A DNA stretch of 64,000 nt from Eledone cirrhosa (GCA_964016885.1 OZ024741.1:135160001-135224000), one strand, 5' to 3'. Counted from the stretch's first letter, positions 1-14,060 are shown. The notes: a model not told the origin generated them from the sequence alone. Numbers and translations: made by a program.

Positions 1-424
1 TATGTACCTTGACATAGTAATAAAACACCCACAGTAATCGCTATACTGAATAAACATCTGATCACTTGTAAACATACACACACACACGAACAGATATATT
101 CCTATAAAGATACCCGTATATCTGTGTAGGTGTGTGTGTCTCTGTGTGCTATATATATTAGAGCTGTTAGTATTACTGTCTAAAAGTGTAAGCTTTTGTG
201 TGTATGCATTTATTTTATGGATGCATTTGTCAGTAGAAGTTTTTGGTGTGAATTCATATATACTTTCGCCATTATAAAGCAGAACTGAGTTACGTTTAGG
301 AAGACTTATTTGAAGAATAAACGGTGTTTGAAACCTTGCTTTTTTGGCCAACAAACCAAACGGAATTTTTAACCGGTTGTACTTGACGCACGCAGTAAAC
401 TCCCCATCAATCTGTTAATCTTTA

Positions 425-751
425 ATTCTTTCATTGGTTTCGGTCACTAGACTGTGGCCTTGCTGGGGCACCACATTAATGGGATTTTTGTCGATCATAT
501 CGATCCCAGCACTTATTTTTTTAAAAGGCTAGTACATATTTTATCGATTTCGTTTTTGTCAAACCGCTATTTTACTTGCAATAAAGACACATACACATGT
601 ATACGACAGGGCTCTGCTGTTTCCGTCTACAAAAAGGCATTAGTCACTATGAAGCTATAATAGAAGACACTTTCCCCCAAGTGTCATGTAGCACAACTGA
701 ACCCAGAACAACGTGGCTGCCAAACCGACTCTTTAATCACACAGCCATGCA
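425..751 (-). mobile_element. SINE family B copy (diverged)
   Basis: ttctttcattggtttcggtcactagactgtggccttgctggggcacc tail and ttaatcacacagccatgc head; similar blocks at 3227, 25490, 38272, 41140, 48832. Confidence 0.6.
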
Positions 752-932
752 TAAGTAAAATTGACTTTAATAAAATAATTACTTAGATTCATAACTGATA
801 AATGGTGACCGGAAAGAGGAGAAGGCATATTAAATTTTGTATTACCTGTCCGAAACAAATGTGAAGTTGCTTCCGGCAATAACAAGGTGTGAATGCAAGC
901 ATTTATTTGTTGTTGTTATTGTTGTTGTTTCG

Positions 933-1070
933 GTGACGAATTTGAAGAATTTTTAGAACGTTTGATAGAATGTATCAAGGTATTGTTTCATGTTTCTGCA
1001 CTCTGAATTCAAATCCCATCGAGGTTAACCTTGCTTTTTATTCTTTCGATGTCGATAATGTACCAGTCCA
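933..1070 (+). mobile_element. SINE family A, diverged copy
   Basis: ctgaattcaaatcccatcgaggttaaccttgctttt matches the family A core gagttcaaatcccgccgaggttaactttgcctttc. Confidence 0.5.
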
Positions 1071-1279
1071 ATAATGGCGTTGGTTCTTTCTCTGTACTTT
1101 CCTACTTCCCCTTCCTCTCTATCTCTATTTGGAAGAAACCGGCTCTGCTCTGACTTGTGGTTAAGGAACCATGATATAGAATTGTTCTTGTTATTTAGAT
1201 CCAGGCAAGATGTCATTGAGCTGAGCGTTAATCAAATAGACTATCGACGTCATTTTGTCGTTATATGTGATTTGTACAA

Positions 1280-1595
1280 TATTTTACTGTTATTTCTAGT
1301 AGCTCAGCTAGCGAGTAGAGTCTGTCTCATTGGCTCCATATAACATTTGACTGTTATTTCTAGTAGATCAGCTACCGACTAGAGTTTATCTCACTGGCTC
1401 CACATAATATTTGACTGTTATTTCTAGTAGATCAGCTAGCGACTAAAGTTTCTCATTGGCCCGACATAATATTTGACTGTTATTTGTAGTAGATCAGCTA
1501 CCGACTAGAGTCTGTCTCACTGGCTCCATATAACATTTGACTGTTATTTCTAGTAGATCAGCTCCCGAGTAGAGTCTGTATCTCTGGCTCCATAA
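1280..1595. repeat. Minisatellite, about 5 copies of a ~62-bp unit
   Basis: tttgactgttatttctagtagatcagctaccgactagagtctgtctcactggctccatataaca repeated in tandem. Confidence 0.9.
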
Positions 1596-3226
1596 AACAG
1601 GTAGCAGTAAATATGAGCTTTGAGAGCTAGCAGTAAATAAACAAGAAGATAATATATATATTTATTTATTTATATAATCAGTTTAAACGTCCATATAGAG
1701 CTAGTAAGGTATGAGAGACTAGTGGAAGTACTTAGTATTTCTTACGGTTGAGAAACAAAAACAAGATTGACAGATAAGAGACAATTCAAAAAGAAATTGA
1801 AAAAAAAAAATTAAATAGTGAATACCATAAAATATGAAGAAAGGTGAAGAAAAATGGAAAGCAAGGGAAACTGTAATAAGTTCTATTTTCCAACTATCAA
1901 TGTGAATGTATCCGGTATGGTATCTTTTGCTTTCTATATCAACAGGTGGGAACTAGCGAACGACCGGCAGTTGAAGATTATAATCACTATAGTAGTTATA
2001 CTACATAGTACATATATTGTGTAATATATAGTATGCATGTTATATAATACGTATATTAATAAAATATGTATATAATGTATAGTATAGTACGATTATAATA
2101 TAGCATGTATATATTATATACAGTATGTATATTAAACAGTACGTATATATCATATGCTGTACAGTATAGTGAATATATAATATGTATATATTACATACTG
2201 TATAGTATATTAAACAGTATGTATATATTGTATACTGTATAATATAGCATGTACATTATATAGAATGTATGCTGTATAGAATAGTATGTATAGTATACTT
2301 TGGATGGAATTGATGTGATGAGGCTACATATAACGATTAGTTTATAAGATAATGCTTCATTGATAATTAAAACGATACAAGCTTGATAATTAAAATGACG
2401 CTAGTTTGATAATCAAAATTCATAATAAAATGAAGTTACTTTCACTGATTTGTTGGTTCTCACCGTATAGAAATCAGATTATTTTGTCAAGTTGCAGCCT
2501 TAGATCTTTAAATTAAACTAGAGTGGTATATTACATACAATGTTCATGTCTTTCCCCAAATATATTAGCAGTGTGCAGGGTTGGCGCTATCATTAAAGCC
2601 AACGAGACAGTCGTCTAGGGCGCAGACATTAAAGGTGTACATTACTGAACCTTAAATATCACAGTTTTATACAAATAGAATATATAATATTTTGCGATGA
2701 ATAAATATCACTAAACATCTTTGTCACGCATGTCTTACTTTGGAGAGTAGGGTGCATATCTAGAAGTAGGTAGTACAGTTTGTAGGGCTAACATCTGCGC
2801 TAATTACCCAGGCACCTGTACTGGCTGTATGTGTAATGTTTTGATCGGAAATGTTTACCAGCGACAATTGAATCCGGTTCACGGTAACCGGCTTACGCAT
2901 GTTTACCTCTAAAACTATGACGCTTACCAAAAGACTGGATTGGTTGGGGGTTGGTGGACTGGCAGAACTAATAGCGCCACAGATTAGATGTCATTGCCTT
3001 ATTTGTTCCGGCCATTTATATTCAGATTTCAAATCCCGACAGGATCAACATTACCTTTCAGTAAAATACCTCTCAAATACTGAAGCTGATTTAATCAACT
3101 TTGCCCTTCCCACAAGTTTACAGGTCTTGTGTCTAAATTAGTAATCAATATCTAACTGGTGTTTATCTGGTGTTCGTCCCCTTAACAGTTTCCTTTATGG
3201 AATGCTATAATTTATATATAATTTTA

Positions 3227-3540
3227 TTCCTTTACTGGTTTCAGCCATTAGCTTGCAGCCAAACTGGAGTACTGCCTTGAAGAGATTTTAGGAGAACATT
3301 TGAAACTAGTACTGATTTTTTCCATGTGTTTTTGTTGAACAGCTTGGTTCCAGGACATAAAGAGTAAACATAAACACAGACGTGCACTCAACCACCGACG
3401 TTACAGGAGATTTTGTAGTTTTAATCTACCAAATTACACTAAAAAGGCATTCGTCAAGCCGATACTATAGTAAAAGACATTTACCTGAAACCACGTGGTT
3501 GCAAAGCGAACATCTTAACCAAGCAGCCACGCCTGCACCT
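3227..3540 (-). mobile_element. SINE family B copy
   Basis: tttactggtttcagccattagcttgcagcc ... accacgtggttgcaaagcgaacatcttaaccaagcagccacgcctgcacc. Confidence 0.6.
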
Positions 3541-4149
3541 ATATATTTATTATATTTCAGTAAGAGAAACACAATTAAAATAGTTGTATGGAAGTGTTAG
3601 AAAAGGCCCGAGTTATTATTTGTTACTATTAAAATAATTCTTTGTAAAAACGTTAAAAGGTTAAATAATGAAAATCAATTATTTATACAAGTGAGTTGGA
3701 AAATGATGTTTTTCATAAATATAAGTTACCGATTAAGAAAGCATTAGGCAAAACGTAAAAGAAATGAGTATCTAACACTCTCATTTTCATAATTCTAATG
3801 AATAGGATTTCTTAATAACTGAAATACTTGCTGGGATTTAGTAATATGACGAACATTATCGTTATTAAGCTGGTGTGTGGAACATCACAAAGGTTCTTAT
3901 ATAAAATTATGATGGAACATTTTCCAGATGTAACCATAAAAAATTGATAGCGGTTTTTAGGTGGTTTCGTATCAAGTTTAACAAAAGATTGAAAACATCT
4001 CGTAAAGTTAATTTTCTACCAGGAAACTTAATATTGAATTTTATGGAAGATTGTACATAATATATACTTTATCATGGTTTTACCATAGCGTCAGTTTTCG
4101 AACTAAGGACATTGTCTCTTTCTTCCTGTCTCTCTCTTCGTATATATTC

Positions 4150-4225
<76 letters not shown>

Positions 4226-4603
4226 TATATATTCAAAGAATAAGAAAACAAAGAGAGATAGTTATTTGACGATCTTTTCAGTGAGCAGATATTAATGTGC
4301 ATGTTAAAAAAATGGTAATTATATAAATCCATATAATTATAAACCCATGCCTGGCCCGGCGGAATAATAATAATAATAATAATAATAAGGAATTTCTGTT
4401 TTATTTGCCACAATAATATAAATATATATATATATATATTCGTGCTACTTTTGTAGGGATAGGGGATGGTGGTAGAAGTGTAAACTAGTCCTGTTTATGT
4501 ACTGCATCAGCCGTGTTTTGGTATAGGGTTTACCTCGTTTCTTAGTCTGTTTACTTGGAAATTTCGAGAAGCCGGTAGTGGAGTAGCTTCAAAGTAAACA
4601 GTC

Positions 4604-4712
4604 ATCCCGCCGAGGTTGACTTTGCCTTTCATCCTTACGAGGTCGATAAAATAAAGTACCAGTAATGCATTGGGTAATTGCTGGCCTTGTGCCTAAAGTA
4701 GAAACAATTATT
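4604..4712 (+). mobile_element. SINE family A, 5'-truncated
   Basis: atcccgccgaggttgactttgcctttcatccttacgaggtcgataaaataaagtaccagt...gtagaaacaattatt. Confidence 0.8.
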
Positions 4713-4879
4713 GATAATAAATAATATTTGGAATCTTCAAATGGTATTGAGTCCTTTATTGAGTGAATGTTTTGTGTATTAATGTACACAAATCTATAAA
4801 GTGATCTATCTACTCACACAGTCACAAACACACATACACACTAACACACACATGTGTATATCTTAAAACGCACCTATTG

Positions 4880-5001
4880 TATATTTCGTTTATCATATTT
4901 AGGCACTATGTAAATGTATTATTTAAGTTATATATATATATATATATATATAACTTAAATAATACATTTACATAGTACCTAAATATGATAAACGAAATAT
5001 A
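4880..5001. repeat. Fold-back palindrome, ~50-bp arms around (TA)n
   Basis: tatatttcgtttatcatatttaggcactatgtaaatgtattatttaag / cttaaataatacatttacatagtacctaaatatgataaacgaaatata, one mismatch. Confidence 0.9.
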
Positions 5002-5136
5002 TATATATAATTGCTTTCACTAGTTTATATATTCAATACGACTATGTGGATCCGGCTATCGAAATAGTACTCATCCATCTGTCGTCGCCAGCTTTGGTAT
5101 CCATAACAACCACAATTTAATAATAATAATAATAAT

Positions 5137-5320
5137 AATTGTTTCTACTTTAGGCACAAGGCCAGCAATTACCCAGTGCATTACTGGTACTTTATTTTAT
5201 CGACCCCGTAAGGATGAAAGGCAAAGTCAACCTCGGCGGGATTTGAACTCAGATCGTAAAGGGACATAACTATGCTGGAAAGCATGGCGTCCGACCCTCT
5301 ACCGATACTGCCAATCCACC
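5137..5320 (-). mobile_element. SINE family A, near full length (tRNA-related head, (ATT)n tail)
   Basis: Reverse strand ggtggattggcagtatcggtagagggtcggacg...gagttcaaatcccg (A/B-box-like); at least 10 copies in the window. Confidence 0.85.
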
Positions 5321-5509
5321 GAATAATAATATATGGTAATGAGTAATAATAAATGGGAACGAAAAGTTTTTTTCATCTTGTAGATATTGTATTCACTTAT
5401 GGCACGCGTTTCATCATCAATCATTTCAACATACATTGAGATGATCGATGGTGAAACGCAAGTCGCATGTGAATACAATATCTACAAGGTAATAAACGTC
5501 TGTCCCACT

Positions 5510-5548
<39 letters not shown>

Positions 5549-5670
5549 TGTATATATGTATATATTTGAGTGTATATATATGTATACATATATGCGTATA
5601 TATATACGTATATATGTATATATATACGTATATATGTATATATACGTATATATATATATGTATATATGTG

Positions 5671-5703
<33 letters not shown>

Positions 5704-5865
5704 GTATGAATATATAATTATATATATGTATATATATATATATGTATATATATGTATATATATATATGTATATATATATATGTATATATATATGTATATA
5801 TATATGTATATATATATGTATATATATATATGTATGTATATATATGTATATATATATATATATAT

Positions 5866-8800
5866 ATAGGAAAATTCTTTTTTAGTCATGATGAACCTGG
5901 CAAAAGAGATACAAAAAAACCTAGCCTTACTCAACACCATCCTATGCTATTATCCCAGCACACCAACTCCCCACATTGCTGTCACTAACACACAAATACA
6001 AAACAAGACCCCTGCAACAGTCAAAACCAGCCACCACACTAGCCTCCACATTTCTACTCAATGCACAAGGTGTCAGCCCTTCCATCAATGTACAAAAATG
6101 GAAGGTCCAATTCATTGAGGATTGGGTTGGTAACCATCCACACCGCATCCCTTTCTTCATTCTTACTGAGACCCACCTTGACAACTTCCACTTGGTAGCC
6201 GAAGTGAAAGTGAAGAATTTCAAAACCATCCGCGCGGATAGTGTGTACAGAAGAAATGGTGGAACTGCCATTTTCCTGCACGATCTTTTACGGTAGATGG
6301 AAATATCACATTCTCCAATGACTACTGTGAATCAGTCACCATGCACAACAAAGCCAATTACCTGACAGTAGTTGGGCTCTATAGGCCACCCCAAACACCC
6401 ATACTGCACTTTAAAGTATGCCTCGATATCTTTAAGTGCTTTATTCAGTGCCATTTTAGTAAAAAATTTATGATGGGAGATTTCAATCTACTCCGTGTTG
6501 ACTGGTCTACAAACAGCTTGAAACCAGGCACTCTCACCTCAACCACTGACAAAGAAGCAGTAGAGTCACTCCTCGATTTTATGAATGAGGTTTTCTTGTC
6601 CTAACTCGTCCTTGCACCAACAAGATTGAAAAACATTTTGGACCTTGTGCTTAGTAACCATACTAACACAATACATAATATTAGAGTGGAAAAAACCCCC
6701 CTTCTTTCAGACCATGACATGGTTTTCTGTAACCTGAGATTCCACCAGCCGAAAGCTAATCCTAGTGACCTCTCTCCAGCCCAACCATTTGATAACATAG
6801 ATCTCTATAATGCCAACTGGGATGCTATCATGAATGAACTATCACATGTTGACTGGTCTTTTACACACGCACACATCTCCACCAACATCAAAACATCTTG
6901 GCAGATCTTTGTAGGCACTGTCACAAACATATGTGCAAAACACACCCCACCAAAACCAGTGAACAAAACTAAGTGCAGAATCCCCCAAAACAGAAAAAGC
7001 TATTATCAGAAAAACAAAAAGAGTAAACAAAAAAATTGACAAACTAAAATACTGCCAACAGCAACAAACGCATTCGACGGTTATCACACTGCTCAAATCT
7101 AAAAAATATGACCTCCAACAATGCACAAAGACCATCATCAATAACCAAAGAACAGCTGAGGAGAAATGGGCCATTGAGAAAATCAAATTCAAGGCTAAAG
7201 TGTTTTTTTCATTTGCGAAAAAAACAAGGTCACTGTTTCTACTGTTGGCCCTCTAATTGATGAAAATGGCACTCTCCAAGATAATGCCAAAACCATGGGT
7301 GAGATACTGCAGAAAAAATTCTGCTCTATTTTCAGCAATCCTGATATGGTCGATCTGGGCTGAATCAGTGATGTTAATCCCCAACATACTATATCGGATA
7401 TAACGTTTGGCACTCCTGATGTCTTAGCGGCAATAAACGAAATTAATCACAATTCAGCAGTAGGCCCCGATAGGTTCCCTGCTTGTGTCCTGAAGGTGTG
7501 TCGACATCAACTTGTATCTCCTCTTACTAACATGTGGAGTAACTCACTGGATGCTGGCCATATTCCTGAAAACATTCTGTCCCAGTCTGTTGTCTCAGTT
7601 TTCGAAACGGAAAACAAGTCCCTTGCAATGAACTACCGTCCGATCTCACTCACCTCTCGTATCATCAAGGTATTTGAGAGGGTGGTGAGATCACAAATAA
7701 CTCACTTTCTTGAAAGCAATAGGCTGCTGAAATCCAACCAACTTCGGTTCCGTAATGGAAGGGACTACCTAACTCAGTTGCTGCATCACTTTGATGATAT
7801 TTTGAGAGCCTTGGGAGAAGGTTCCAACACTGATGTCATCTACCTTGATTTCAGCAAGGCCTTTGACAGGGTTGATCATAAGATTCTACTGAAAAAACTA
7901 CTATCCAACATTGATGTCTCTGGAAAGTTACTGCAATGGATCAAGTGTTTCCTGACAGATAGAGCCCAACGTGTTGTAGTCGAAGGAGTAAAATCAAGCC
8001 CAGCCAAAATCAGTAGTGGCGTTCCGCATTATCTATATAAATGTCATTACTGACATCATCAAGCACAGCAACATAAGAATCTTTGCAGATGATTCCAAGC
8101 TCCAGAATGTCATCAATGAAGTGGGTGACCGGACATGCCTTCAATCAGACCTACTGTCTGTTATCTAATGGGTGGGAAAGAGCAATATGCTGCTGAATGA
8201 GGATAAATTTGAGTTAATCCACTTTGGGGAAGCGGATGCACTGAAACTATCATATTCCTTTCCTTCAGGTGAAACTCTCGTGGCATCCAACAACATCAGA
8301 GACTTGGGAGTAATTGTGGACAACAACATAAGATAGGCCACGCATATAAACAGCAAAGTTGACATGGCTCACAGAGTGTGTTCCTGGATTCTCAGAATTT
8401 TCCAGTCGAGAGATACCCACACCATTATCCTTCTCTTCTCCACTTTTGCCCGACCCCACTTTGAATACTGTTGTCCACTGTTGTCTCCCCACATGAAACA
8501 AAGTATCATGAAAGTTGAAATACTTCAAAGGTCAATTACAAAAAAAGATAGATGGCATGACAGGCCTTGACTATTGGGGTTGACTAGAAAAGCTCAAACT
8601 TTATTCTCCCCAACGCCTCCGTGAGCGCTACATCATCTGTATGATGGGGAACATATTCCATCAGCATTGTCGAAATGATGTTGGCATCACCTTTAAGGTA
8701 CACCCAAGGCTTGGGCCCCGTGCTTATCCGCCCACAAAAAAAAACGCACTCGCATCTCATACCAACAATACGGCACAATTATTTCACCTCAATTGGCCCT

Positions 8801-9058
8801 GCTCTCTTTAACATTACACCAAAACACGTTGAAACAGAAACAGACCCCATAAAGTTCAAGAAGTCTTTCGACAAATTCCTTCAGGAAATCACAGATAAAT
8901 GTCCTACCCTCGGATATGTCTCCGTAAAAAATAACTCTCTACTTGAGTGGGCCATGGCGTCCAAATCCTGATTTGAAAGACTTCGCCAGGTGGTGCTAAT
9001 AAGTTAGACATGGCCTGGGTTAATACTGGCCGAAACCTATCAAAGTTATCAAAGTTAT
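5866..9058 (+). mobile_element. CR1/L2-group LINE, degenerate ORF2 (APE endonuclease + RT) with 3' end
   Basis: ILTETHL, GLYRPP, MGDFN, LDLVL, SDH (APE); NYRPISLTS, YLDFSKAFDRVDH, SGVP, FADD near 8082 (RT); several stops and frameshifts; 3' stem-loop and (tatcaaagt)2 tail at 9028-9056. Confidence 0.92.
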
Positions 9059-9107
9059 ATGTATATGTATATTTATATATGTATGTATAAATATGTGAAT
9101 ATATATT

Positions 9108-9138
<31 letters not shown>

Positions 9139-9325
9139 GTGTGTATATATGTGTATATACATGTGTTTATATTTATATGTATATATATATGTGTATATAC
9201 ATGTGTTTATATTTATATGTATATATATATGTGTATATATGTGCATATATATATGTATATATGTGTATATATATATTTATGTATATATATGTATATATAT
9301 GTATATATATATGTGATTATATATG

Positions 9326-9356
<31 letters not shown>

Positions 9357-9509
9357 ATATATATATGTATATGTATGTATACATATATATGTGTATATAT
9401 ATGTATATTTATGCCCCTATATATATATATATGTATATGTATATATATATGTATATATATATATATATATATGTATATGTATATGTATATATATATGTAT
9501 ATATGTATA

Positions 9510-9590
<81 letters not shown>

Positions 9591-9617
9591 ATGTATATAT
9601 ATGTGTGTGTGTGCATA

Positions 9618-9652
<35 letters not shown>

Positions 9653-9790
9653 GCACACACGCACATATATATACATACACACACACAGACACACACACAC
9701 ACACATATATATATACATATACATATATATATACATATATAGGGGCATAAATATATATATACGCACATATATATGTATACATACATATAT

Positions 9791-9885
<95 letters not shown>

Positions 9886-9910
9886 TGTGTGTGTTTGTGT
9901 GTGCGTATAT
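9057..9910. repeat. Compound TA/TG/CA microsatellite with internal fold-back
   Basis: ttatgcccctat near 9409 is mirrored by ataggggcataa near 9740; TG-rich left half and CA-rich right half. Confidence 0.85.
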
Positions 9911-9935
9911 GTCTTATTATATATATTTGTGTATA

Positions 9936-10044
9936 TTCAAATCCTGCCGAGGTTGACTTTGTCTTTCACCCTTACGGGGTCGATAAAATAAAGTACCAGT
10001 AATACACTGGATAATTGCTGGCCTTGTGACTAAAGTAGAAACAA
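9936..10044 (+). mobile_element. SINE family A, 5'-truncated
   Basis: ttcaaatcctgccgaggttgactttgtctttcacccttacggggtcgataaaataaagtaccagt. Confidence 0.8.
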
Positions 10045-10368
10045 TATATATTTGGGTATATTAATATGATTATGTGTATGTGTGTATGCATATGTGTGTG
10101 TATATTTGTTCAAATATGTATATAGATATTCATTAGTCTCAGTATACTTTTATGTCATTTTATAAGTATCAGAAGTATCAGTTGGAAATATCATCTCACT
10201 CCACGATGACTAATTCTAACCATTAGTATAATGTTAAGCATACATAATCAAATCTAATTCCATACCGATTTTAAAATTGATAAAACACCGATATATATGT
10301 AAATATATAAATGAATGTGTATGAATGTATATATATGATTGTTAATGAAATAATTGTTCGTATGAATG

Positions 10369-10412
<44 letters not shown>

Positions 10413-10459
10413 AAGTAAAAGCGAAGTAGTTTCAGATGTTCAAGTCCTTTAATAATAAT

Positions 10460-10533
10460 GCTGTGATATATATTTCAATGACGACACTGGCCACACTGTT
10501 CTGTGTGCGAGTGTCGTGACATCATCAGACAGC
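10460..10533 (-). ncRNA. Type I hammerhead ribozyme, extended stem II
   Basis: gctgt-CTGATGA-tgtc acgacact...agtgtcgt catt-GAA-atatatat-C-acagc; stem I 5 bp; palindromic stem III. Confidence 0.8.
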
Positions 10534-11040
10534 TTGTTACATAATAAGGTTGTTTCCGAGGCAATCCAAATTGAATCGACATGGGAACGGATGAAGTTCG
10601 TGCTTTTGGGTTTTTCATCCGTTCCCTTGTGAGTACCAATTCACCCCCACCGGTCTGCGCAAGCGCATGTCCGAAGGAAGTTGACCATTAGCACCGCAGA
10701 TTTCAACGAAATTCGCTGTCAGTGGCCCACCTATGCCTTGCCAAAATTCATTGTGGGATTTCATAGTAGTTTTCATCTTGGTAGCCGCAATTTGACTGCT
10801 GTGTGCCTTTCTGGTAGTGAATGAGAAGTTATTTGGGGGTTTGGGTTATTTTATAAAGGTCAGATTTAGCAATGGTCAGATGGCCAGCTGCTGGTCAGTG
10901 AGGGGGTGGAAGCAATATACATACATATAGCTCCCTGTGGTCGGTAGGAGAGGGGAGATTGATAGAAAGGGATTTAGTGCACTTAAACCTATATATACAC
11001 ACATACCTTCATCCACACATACATACATATACATATACAT

Positions 11041-11113
<73 letters not shown>

Positions 11114-11236
11114 CACACATACATACACACACACATACATACACACATACACACACACATATATGCACATACACACACATATATATATATACACACACAC
11201 ACATATATATATACATACACATACATCCAGATACAC

Positions 11237-11267
<31 letters not shown>

Positions 11268-11963
11268 CATGTATATATATATATATATATATGTGTACAT
11301 ACACATATATACACACATATACATACACATATATATACACACACCCACATACACACACACACATATATATACATACACACATACAAACACACACACACAC
11401 ACACACATATATACACATACACACACATATATATACACACACACACATATATATACACATACGCATACATCCAGATACACACATACATACACACACGCAC
11501 ACACACACACACACACGCACACACAATACATACATCCACATGCACACACATACACACACACACACACATATACACATACATACACCCACACACAGAGAAA
11601 TGGCCTCCAAATATATATATATACATACATACACATATATTTTTTCCATAATATAAGAAGTTAGGACAGTGGAATTAAAATACAAGTCATTCTGATCACA
11701 TTGAGTTCTTCATGTAGATTGGGCCCCGCAACCGACAGTGGTGAATTCTGTGCGCGCATATATATATAGATATATGTGTGTGCACGTGCAGGGTTTAACA
11801 TGGATGTGTTGGTCACACAAAGGCATGATCTGTCAACGAATAAACCTGATTCTACAGAATTGGTCTCTGGTCTTTAATAGTAGTGATAATTATATACATG
11901 CACACATACAAACACATATATCTGTCACTCCGTGCGTATGTGTGTTTATATTTTATGACAATT

Positions 11964-14060
11964 CTATTGGGGTGATAACCCGTTTAGTTTTGGTTTAAAT
12001 TTGTTAAGGAATAGATTTTCTTTGTTTATTCTTTGTTGCTGTGTGAACGAATCTGAGCACTTGTAGAAGGGGAAAATTTTAAAGTTGGGTAGTGTCATTC
12101 CTGCGCAGTTCGCAATATGGCTGCTCAAGGGGATTTTTCTTGTGTTAGCGTCCCGGATTTGTTGGCGGTGGATGGTCATTCTTTTGCGTAATGAGGTGCC
12201 CGTCTGTCCTATGTAGTTGTGTTTGCACCCACCGCAAGTTATTGCGTAAATCAAGTTCTCCGAGTTGCAGGTGAAATTGTTTTTTACTGTAAATGTTTGG
12301 CCATCTTTAAATGTAAATTTGTGTCCTTCAGTGAGGTAGAGGCACGTTCCACAGTTTGTTCTACCACATTTGGTAACTGTAGGGTTGAGGATTGGTTTGG
12401 GTATATTTGGTCCAGTGAGAATGCGTTTTAGTGATTTGGGTTGTCTTTTACTTTTAAGGATCTTGTGTGTTTCAAGAATAGACTTCATTTTTACATCTTT
12501 AAGTAGGATGGGGAGGTTTTTGTGTAGGTGATCAAACATTTCGGTATTTCTGGGGTTGAAAGTGGATACATATGGCAGGGTGTTGAGTGTGGTTTTCTGT
12601 TTTGGATTGTTAAGTTGATGGGGATTTAGGTGTTTTGCCCTGTCTATTCCATTGTTGATTATTTCAAGTGGAAAGGCTCTTAAGATAAGGGTGTCTTTTA
12701 GTTCCTTTAGTCTTTGCTCCCGTTTCGGTGGATCTGATACTATGGTACATATACGTTTGGCCAAATTGTAAGGAATGTTAAGTTTTGTGTGTTTTGGGTG
12801 ACTTGATGTGAAAAAGAGGTATTGCTTGGAATCTGTGGGTTTATAGAATATATCTGTATCTAATTTCCCGTCTATTACAGAGATGAGAATATCCAAGAAG
12901 GCTAATTCCTTGGGATTGGATTCCATTGTGAATTGTATGTTATTATATATGTTGTTTATCATGTTTTTAAACATAGCAAGTGAGTTCATGTCTTCTTGCC
13001 ATAGGATAAAGCAGTCGTCTAGATATCTTTTCCAATTGGCTTTCAGGTGTGTGTGGAAAGAGTCTCCAAATAAGAGAAGGGACTGACTGTATATTTGTTG
13101 TTCATGGAATCCCATGACTAGGTTGGCATATGTGGGTGCTACTTTCGTGCCCATTGCCGTACCTGATACTTGTCTGTATGTTGAACCATTGAATGTGAAG
13201 TAGTTATTTTGTAGGATAAAGCGGAGTCCGTCAGTGATAAAATCTTTGTTGATGCGTGTCGGTATTTCTGATGGGTGTGTGTTAAGCCAGTATTGGACTG
13301 CTGTTATTCCATAGTTGTGGGGTATGTTTGTGTAGAGGTTTATTACGTCAAAGGAGACAAAAATTGTATTTGCACTTACTGTTTTAGGGAGGTGTTTCAG
13401 CATGTCAAGGTCATCTCGTATGTAGCTCTGTATATGTTGTAGAAAGGGTTTCAGTAGGATGTCCAGAAAGTTGCTAAGTCTGTGGGTTTCACATGTAGGG
13501 CCTGCTATAATTGGCCTGAGTTTTAGGTCTTCTGGTGGTGTTAGTTCAATGTAATTGTTGGTTGAGGTGTCACATGCATCGTTTATGGGTTTACATTTGT
13601 GGAGTTTCGGTAAGCCGTAAAAAGAGCTTGTATTGCATTTGAAGTGGCTTATATAGTTAAACTCTTTTGTGGTTAAGCTGTTGCGGTATTTATTCAGTAA
13701 GGTCAAAAGGTTCCCCATTGTTTTGGTGTGTTTGTAGTTTTCTGTCTTTTCATAGTATGTGTTGTTTTCTAAAATGTTAAGTGCGAGGGTCCTATAGTAG
13801 TCCGTATTCATAATGACAACAGTACTGCCTTTATCGGCTTCTTTGATAGTTATCTCAGGGTTGTTTCTAAGTGTGAATAATTCTTCCCATTCGTGTGTAG
13901 ATAGGTTTGATTTCGTGTGTTTATTTGTAATTTTTTCATAGGGAAAGTTGGTGATGTGTTCGCAGTACGTGTCCAGTGCTTTATTTCTTCCCTTTTGTGG
14001 GCAGAAATTGCTTTTATTTCTAACCAGTGATTCGTCTTCAGTGTTGGTGTCGTTGTGGAA
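11964..14060 (-). CDS. PLE polyprotein: reverse transcriptase + C-terminal GIY-YIG endonuclease (open frame, N-terminus truncated)
   Basis: Frame stays open upstream of the annotated ATG (13811) to the inversion junction and includes IKEADKGSTVVIM; FYGLPKLHK, LRPII, SFDVINLYTNIP, GTAMG, RYLDD, FLDI, YKPTD; CGRTNCGTC linker; LIYAITC...YIGQT. Confidence 0.93.
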   Translation of the reverse strand, partial: FHNDTNTEDESLVRNKSNFCPQKGRNKALDTYCEHITNFPYEKITNKHTKSNLSTHEWEELFTLRNNPEITIKEADKGSTVVIMNTDYYRTLALNILENNTYYEKTENYKHTKTMGNLLTLLNKYRNSLTTKEFNYISHFKCNTSSFYGLPKLHKCKPINDACDTSTNNYIELTPPEDLKLRPIIAGPTCETHRLSNFLDILLKPFLQHIQSYIRDDLDMLKHLPKTVSANTIFVSFDVINLYTNIPHNYGITAVQYWLNTHPSEIPTRINKDFITDGLRFILQNNYFTFNGSTYRQVSGTAMGTKVAPTYANLVMGFHEQQIYSQSLLLFGDSFHTHLKANWKRYLDDCFILWQEDMNSLAMFKNMINNIYNNIQFTMESNPKELAFLDILISVIDGKLDTDIFYKPTDSKQYLFFTSSHPKHTKLNIPYNLAKRICTIVSDPPKREQRLKELKDTLILRAFPLEIINNGIDRAKHLNPHQLNNPKQKTTLNTLPYVSTFNPRNTEMFDHLHKNLPILLKDVKMKSILETHKILKSKRQPKSLKRILTGPNIPKPILNPTVTKCGRTNCGTCLYLTEGHKFTFKDGQTFTVKNNFTCNSENLIYAITCGGCKHNYIGQTGTSLRKRMTIHRQQIRDANTRKIPLSSHIANCAGMTLPNFKIFPFYKCSDSFTQQQRINKENLFLNKFKPKLNGLSPQ

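Noticed and set aside
1280-1595. CRISPR-like periodicity
   Set aside because: Whole units repeat with no unique spacers and no cas genes; eukaryotic context
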